The notes under the pieces are model-generated. The model was not told the origin of the DNA. It worked only from the letters and a program-made list of their open reading frames with translations, and did no database searches. A program made the translations under genes and the position numbers. A DNA stretch of 64,000 bases from an uncultured delta proteobacterium. GTDB taxonomy: Bacteria > Desulfobacterota > Desulfuromonadia > Geobacterales > Pseudopelobacteraceae. The stretch spans positions 96,001-160,000 of the forward strand of contig CAVYYZ010000003.1 in the NCBI GenBank assembly GCA_963772835.1, given 5' to 3'. Of the stretch, positions 58,939 through 64,000 are shown piece by piece (the stretch's first letter is position 1; each line of letters begins with the position of its first letter).

Positions 58939-60999
58939 TTATGCCGTCCCGGCGTGCATCTTCGGCAACCAGACGGTGAATTCTGAACCGTGGTCAATAC
59001 TGCTCTCGACTTCAATTCTGCCTCCGTGGGCTTCAATAATCTGCCTGCTTTGGTACAGTCCTATTCCCATACCCTGCTTTTTTGTACTGGTGAAGGGCTT
59101 AAACAGGACATGCTGAACGAATGCCGCAGGAATACCACATCCCTCATCCTTTATACGTATGAAGGGACATCCATTTTCACCCACTTCCACTCTCACCGGA
59201 CTCGATCCGTCGGTAGCCTCAACCGCATTCAACATCAGGTTAAGTGCAACTTTCTGCAGTTCTTCCCTGTCAGCTTCTGCAATAACTCTGGTACCAGTCA
59301 CCTCCAAAGTCTTTCCGGTGACCATCGCGGCCGTATCATGCGCCATTTGCAGCAGATCTACTGAGGACAGGTGAAGAGAATTCTTCTCCGGCAGGTGTTT
59401 TAAACGTGAAATTATTGATTTCATCTTGATAACAATATTTCCGAGAGACATAAGCAGGTCGTTCTGAAAGCGTGGTACAGTGATATGTTCCTGCGCATTT
59501 TCAAGTAGCATTGACACGGCCGAAACAAGATTCTTCAGATCGTGCATAACAAATGTAGAAACTTTCCCGATTGCCGCTAATTCGCGTTCACAAGCCAACT
59601 GGTCAGAGAGCCGTAAATTTAGAAGTGCCGACGCAGCCTGTTTTGCAAGTGTTCTCATCAAATCAAAATCTTCATATGTATAGAGTTCTTCTGTGCTGTG
59701 AGGCCTTCCCAGTAGTAAAAATCCATCCACTGCCTCGTTTATGAAAAGCGGAATAATAAAACAGGCATCTTCCCGGCTGAAAAACGCTCGATGTTCTTCG
59801 TTAGCAGCAGCACCGGCATTATTACGTAAATCAACAATCCATTTACTGCTGGCCAATTGTTCAATAGCGCTGTCATTGATACGGAAGGTGACTTCATCGC
59901 TGTCCATTGAAGTGCCTGCCGCCCGTTGATACACATCACGCTCCTGGTTAATGACGAACAGAGTTCCCGAACTCATACCGAAAGTTTCACAGAATTCTGA
60001 GACTATTGAATGCAGCAGGCTTTCTCCGGTCTGTGATGTAGAAAGTCGTTCTGTGAACTGAAGCCACTGGGTACGGTAGTCGTATTTGCTCTGATAGAAG
60101 TTTTTATGAATGAAAATTGTGACCCTGCGTTTGATCGTTTCTGAAAGGAGAACTACAAAAAGTCCGAGACCGGAAAAAAAGACAAAAGAGAAGATCATTG
60201 CGCGCTGAAATCCATCTCCGAAGTACTTCAATCCTTCACCAACCAGCCCAAGGCCGATTACGTACAAACCGACAGCAAGCAACACCATTGACTTGCATGC
60301 AATCTGCTGAGAGATGTGAACAGTAACGCCGCTGCCGCGTTTTAGACGTGAGTAGAACATCATGGCAATCGCGACTGTCAGTACAATGGAGCGCATTGAA
60401 ACCAGTTGCATGTTGATTGTACGAAAGAGCAGCCCCTGGCTGAAGTATATGATCATTATGGCAAGAAAAGATCCTGCTCCAAGCAGCTCGAACTTGATCT
60501 TCCAGCGTGATGATCTGGTTGTATGTACGAGAGTCCGTTCCAGTTGAATCAGGGCGGCGACAAGGTAGACGAGCATCAGAAGATAGAAATAAAAGCCGTA
60601 ATTATGGAGGAAGAGAACTTTTTCTGTATCAAAATCGGGTGAGTAAACAAATGACTGAGGGGGCAATATAAGAGCAGATATGATTAATAGCGGTGATACC
60701 GCCAGCAGGAGTCGGAGAGGGATTGAGATTGCACTCAGACCGTTCTGTCGCGCGTAGGTCACGGAAAACCAGAGCCAGGCAGGGAGCAGGACTGCTTCTG
60801 TAACAAGAGAATATTTCATCCAGAAATAAATCTGTTCCGGATTACATAACGCTATCAGATCGAACAGCTCCAGAAATGCAGACAGCGCAACAGCAATAGA
60901 GAGTGAAACCGGCGGGGTTGCGGAATTTTTTCGAAGCGCAAAAAAGAGCGGAAACATGGCCGCAACGATTATTGCGGTTATGGAAAGTACAATTGTCAT
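58939..60999 (-). CDS. prsK: PEP-CTERM-system histidine kinase
   Basis: Multi-TM N-terminus, KNFY-x2-KYDYR-x2-WL-x-F, GAF domain, H-box FVMHDLKN and GMGIGLYQ. Confidence 0.88.
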   Translation of the reverse strand: MTIVLSITAIIVAAMFPLFFALRKNSATPPVSLSIAVALSAFLELFDLIALCNPEQIYFWMKYSLVTEAVLLPAWLWFSVTYARQNGLSAISIPLRLLLAVSPLLIISALILPPQSFVYSPDFDTEKVLFLHNYGFYFYLLMLVYLVAALIQLERTLVHTTRSSRWKIKFELLGAGSFLAIMIIYFSQGLLFRTINMQLVSMRSIVLTVAIAMMFYSRLKRGSGVTVHISQQIACKSMVLLAVGLYVIGLGLVGEGLKYFGDGFQRAMIFSFVFFSGLGLFVVLLSETIKRRVTIFIHKNFYQSKYDYRTQWLQFTERLSTSQTGESLLHSIVSEFCETFGMSSGTLFVINQERDVYQRAAGTSMDSDEVTFRINDSAIEQLASSKWIVDLRNNAGAAANEEHRAFFSREDACFIIPLFINEAVDGFLLLGRPHSTEELYTYEDFDLMRTLAKQAASALLNLRLSDQLACERELAAIGKVSTFVMHDLKNLVSAVSMLLENAQEHITVPRFQNDLLMSLGNIVIKMKSIISRLKHLPEKNSLHLSSVDLLQMAHDTAAMVTGKTLEVTGTRVIAEADREELQKVALNLMLNAVEATDGSSPVRVEVGENGCPFIRIKDEGCGIPAAFVQHVLFKPFTSTKKQGMGIGLYQSRQIIEAHGGRIEVESSIDHGSEFTVWLPKMHAGTA

Positions 61000-62048
61000 T
61001 ATGTGCCCGTCTGTTTATTTTGAGGAAGATTCTTCATATACCATCCCATTGCGACCTCCAACCCTTCATCGACAGAATGAGTCGGAACATATCCCAGAAG
61101 TTGATGAGCTTTGCTGATGTCGGCCTGTGAGTGAAGTACGTCACCCGGACGAAAGTCACGATATTCAGGAGGGTATTCGTGTTGAATGGCGCAATACGGC
61201 CGCAGTTTTCTTTGCAGTAAGTAATATAATTCGTTCAGTGTGACGCGATTGTTGAGGGCAACATTATAGACCTGGTTTATTGCCTTCAGATTGTCGGTCA
61301 AAGCTGCCAGCAGATTGGCCTGCACGACATTTTCAATAAAACAGAAGTCACGGCTCGTTTCGCCGGTACCGTTGATATACACGGTTTCTCCTCTGCATAA
61401 TGCAGAGATCCATCTCGGGATTACTGCCGCATACGCGCCATCCGGATCCTGCCGTGGACCGAACACATTGAAATAACGAAGTCCGACCGTCTCAAGGCCA
61501 TAGAGCTGTGAAAAAACATGTGCGTACATTTCGTTTACCATTTTGCTGACGGCGTATGGAGAAAGCTGCTGACCGCAGGTCTCTTCCACTTTCGGCAGGC
61601 CGGGGTGATCGCCATAAACTGCACTGCTTGAAGCATACACTATACGTTTTACTCCCTCGTCACAGGCCGCCTTAAGCATGTTGAGATTCCCGTTCACATT
61701 ATTATCGTTGCAGTTAAGCGGATCATCAATCGAGCGGGGAACCGAGCCGAGTGCCGCCTGATGGAGAATTACATCAACTTCCCTGCATGCCGCGCGGCAT
61801 GTGTCGGGTTGACGAATATCCCCCTCTATGAATCTGAACTGTTTCCACTGGTGTTCGTTGACCAGACTCTGTACGTCACTGAGATTTTCACGCTTACCGG
61901 TTGAAAAATTGTCGAGTCCCACCACCTGCTGGTCAAGCAGTAAAAGCCTTTCAAGCAGGTTGGATCCGATAAAACCTGCCACTCCGGTGACCAACCATCG
62001 TTTCGGCGCTTTAAGCAGTGCGCTTCGTATGACATCGTAGCTAGTCAT
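60999..62048 (-). CDS. UDP-GlcNAc(A) 4-epimerase (WbpP/TviC-like SDR)
   Basis: [29 protein letters not shown] and [22 protein letters not shown]. Confidence 0.92.
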   Translation of the reverse strand: MTSYDVIRSALLKAPKRWLVTGVAGFIGSNLLERLLLLDQQVVGLDNFSTGKRENLSDVQSLVNEHQWKQFRFIEGDIRQPDTCRAACREVDVILHQAALGSVPRSIDDPLNCNDNNVNGNLNMLKAACDEGVKRIVYASSSAVYGDHPGLPKVEETCGQQLSPYAVSKMVNEMYAHVFSQLYGLETVGLRYFNVFGPRQDPDGAYAAVIPRWISALCRGETVYINGTGETSRDFCFIENVVQANLLAALTDNLKAINQVYNVALNNRVTLNELYYLLQRKLRPYCAIQHEYPPEYRDFRPGDVLHSQADISKAHQLLGYVPTHSVDEGLEVAMGWYMKNLPQNKQTGT

Positions 62049-62063
62049 GGTAATCTCCTCTCA

Positions 62064-63353
62064 TTACAATCGCCAAACGCGAATACCCGCATTATGAAGT
62101 GCAGTTGCGTCATACATGCCTTTTACGTCAATCAGCACCGGATTGTTCGCAGTCAGCAATGTCGAGAGTTCAGATACTGACCAGTGCAGGTAGGCATCAT
62201 GAGCAACGGCGGAGATGATTGCCGCAGCCGGCTTCAAATTCTCCCGTTTGACAAGTGAGATGTCATATTCACGGAGGGCTTCGACAGGATCGGCCAGCGG
62301 GTCGTGTACCTGTACGATTATTCCGTATTCCTCCAGTTCGCGAATGATATCGACCACCTTTGAATTGCGCAGATCCGGACAATTCTCTTTAAACGTAAGC
62401 CCCAGCACTGTGACCGAACTTCCGGATATATAGTGACCTGCATGGATCATCTCCTTGATTGAGTGCTGGGCTATGAATTTGCCCATGCCGTCATTGATCC
62501 GTCGACCGGCAAGGATCACCTGCGGAATGTAGCCGATTCTCTCCGCTTTGTGAGTCAGGTAATATGGGTCGACACCGATGCAATGCCCGCCCACAAGTCC
62601 GGGCTTGAAGGGCAGAAAGTTCCACTTGGAACCGGCGGCCTTCAGAACATCTCCGGTATCGATGCCCAGGCGGTCAAAAATAAGCGCCAATTCGTTCATG
62701 AGCGCAATATTAAGATCCCGTTGGGTATTTTCAATAACCTTTGCCGCCTCAGCCACCATAATGGTTGGAGCACGATGGACACCTGCAGTGACGACTCGTT
62801 CATACGTTTGTGCGATGATCTCAAGTGATTCGGCATCCTGTCCGGCGACGACTTTTCTGATCTTCGTGAAGGTATGTTCCTTGTCACCCGGATTTATTCG
62901 CTCCGGGCTGTAGCCGATCTTGAAATCGCGTCCGCAGATAAGTCCGGATTCTCTTTCAAGGACGGGAAGGCACTCCTCCTCGGTGGCACCGGGATATACC
63001 GTTGATTCGTAGACAACGATATCCCCGCATTTCAGCGATTTACCAACCGTTACAGATGCGTTGATAAGCAGAGACAGGTCAGGTTGATTGGCATCACTGA
63101 TAGGAGTAGGTACTGCAATAATGTGGAAATCAGCCTGTTTCAGTTGATCGATTCTATCAGTATATAAAATATCACTCTTTGATAGATCCACCGATGTAAT
63201 CTCTCCCGTTCGGTCATGGTTGCGCCGCAGTTCAGCAATACGTGTCTGGTTGATGTCGAAACCGATTGTTTTAGCCTCATTGCCGAAGGCGACCGCAACG
63301 GGAAGGCCAACGTATCCGAGTCCGATAACCGACACATTTCTTTGCGTAATCAC
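62064..63353 (-). CDS. UDP-N-acetylhexosamine dehydrogenase (WbpO/TviB-like)
   Basis: GLGYVGLP, YESTVYPG, YSPERINPGD, AEAAKVIEN and GGHCIGVDPYYL. Confidence 0.92.
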   Translation of the reverse strand: MITQRNVSVIGLGYVGLPVAVAFGNEAKTIGFDINQTRIAELRRNHDRTGEITSVDLSKSDILYTDRIDQLKQADFHIIAVPTPISDANQPDLSLLINASVTVGKSLKCGDIVVYESTVYPGATEEECLPVLERESGLICGRDFKIGYSPERINPGDKEHTFTKIRKVVAGQDAESLEIIAQTYERVVTAGVHRAPTIMVAEAAKVIENTQRDLNIALMNELALIFDRLGIDTGDVLKAAGSKWNFLPFKPGLVGGHCIGVDPYYLTHKAERIGYIPQVILAGRRINDGMGKFIAQHSIKEMIHAGHYISGSSVTVLGLTFKENCPDLRNSKVVDIIRELEEYGIIVQVHDPLADPVEALREYDISLVKRENLKPAAAIISAVAHDAYLHWSVSELSTLLTANNPVLIDVKGMYDATALHNAGIRVWRL

Positions 63354-63408
63354 GTTAAGACCCCATATCTATAATCTGATGTTCTTTTGAGTGACACCCC
63401 ACTGTGCT

Positions 63409-63424
63409 ATCACATACCATGCCA
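63409..63424 (-). promoter_or_regulatory. Possible sigma54-like promoter of the wbpO-wbpP-prsK-prsR unit
   Basis: Minus strand TGGCATGGTATGTGAT has a good -24 element, but the -12 reads GA instead of GC. Confidence 0.3.
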
Positions 63425-63741
63425 GTCGATACACTGAAAATAATGCCATAACTACATATAGTTGGTGTGTTGACACGAGGATTATAGCGGCTGGATAAAT
63501 GTTGCGGAGAAACGTGCAAAACGTATATGTGACGTAATCAAATGCGTTTAAAAACGGTTTCTGCATGATGTAAATATTCATTCGGCTGTTAAAATCGGAG
63601 CAGTGCCGTTGTATAAACGTTAATGAGATAAATTTTTTTTTTGCGTCTGCCTGCTTGACAATCATCTGAAGTGAGCTACAAAGAGAAAAGACTAAACGTG
63701 ATCTGTACGTTAGTAATGTAACGGATTGAGGGGATGTATTG

Positions 63742-64000
63742 ATGGAAATATCACCTGATAGGCAGAGTGCGGTTTTGCTGGTCGGTGACGATCCTCATTC
63801 ACTGGAACGAACCCGGTTGCTGCTTCTGGAATCCGGAATCAGCCCTGTCCTTGTCCTTTCTGATTACCGTGCAACGCTGCCGTTTCTCGAACAGCATAGT
63901 GTATCGACAATCATTCTTGAAATGACCTCTGACATAAACGACGGCCAGCTTCTGGCCAGAATCAGCAGGGATTTCCCCACCATCCCGGTTATCGTGGAAA
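63742..64000 (+). CDS. N-terminal receiver-like domain of a regulator (truncated by the window end)
   Basis: MEISPDRQSAVLLVGDDPHSL...STIILEM...DG..LL..I...FPTIPVIV; open to the window end. Not in the ORF track. Confidence 0.7.
   Translation, partial: MEISPDRQSAVLLVGDDPHSLERTRLLLLESGISPVLVLSDYRATLPFLEQHSVSTIILEMTSDINDGQLLARISRDFPTIPVIVE

Overview
This is a chromosomal window from a Geobacteraceae/Desulfuromonadia-like bacterium; the taxonomy is inferred from gene content and order. Most of it is housekeeping: acnB, frdCAB/sdhCAB, tgt, apgM, mltG, the ffh-rpsP-khpA-rimM-trmD-rplS-rnhB cluster, ettA, rpsF-rpsR-rplI, pepF, tRNA-Leu(CAA) and tRNA-Ala(GGC). It also carries a Moco/Wco-riboswitch-led aldehyde:ferredoxin oxidoreductase locus and a PEP-CTERM prsK/prsR locus. 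Main points of interest: (1) at 1-11.4 kb, a translationally coupled envelope operon links a YdbH-like protein and a YdbL/DUF1318 lipoprotein to a ~2,770-aa exported protein with a TolB-like propeller, TPRs and a CHAT (caspase-like) protease. That protein appears to carry a degenerate CHAT module ahead of an intact one, and is followed by an SH3 + M48 peptidase pair. (2) An orphan Cas6-like RAMP gene with no array or other cas genes. (3) A GAF-GGDEF protein with the Hypr D-to-S signature of 3',3'-cGAMP synthases. Smaller observations include two frameshifted genes, an Hsp20 remnant, att-like repeats at tRNA-Leu, a TGTATACA palindrome shared by two TCA-cycle promoters, and a REP-like hairpin. 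All calls come from reading motifs by eye; no database searches were run.
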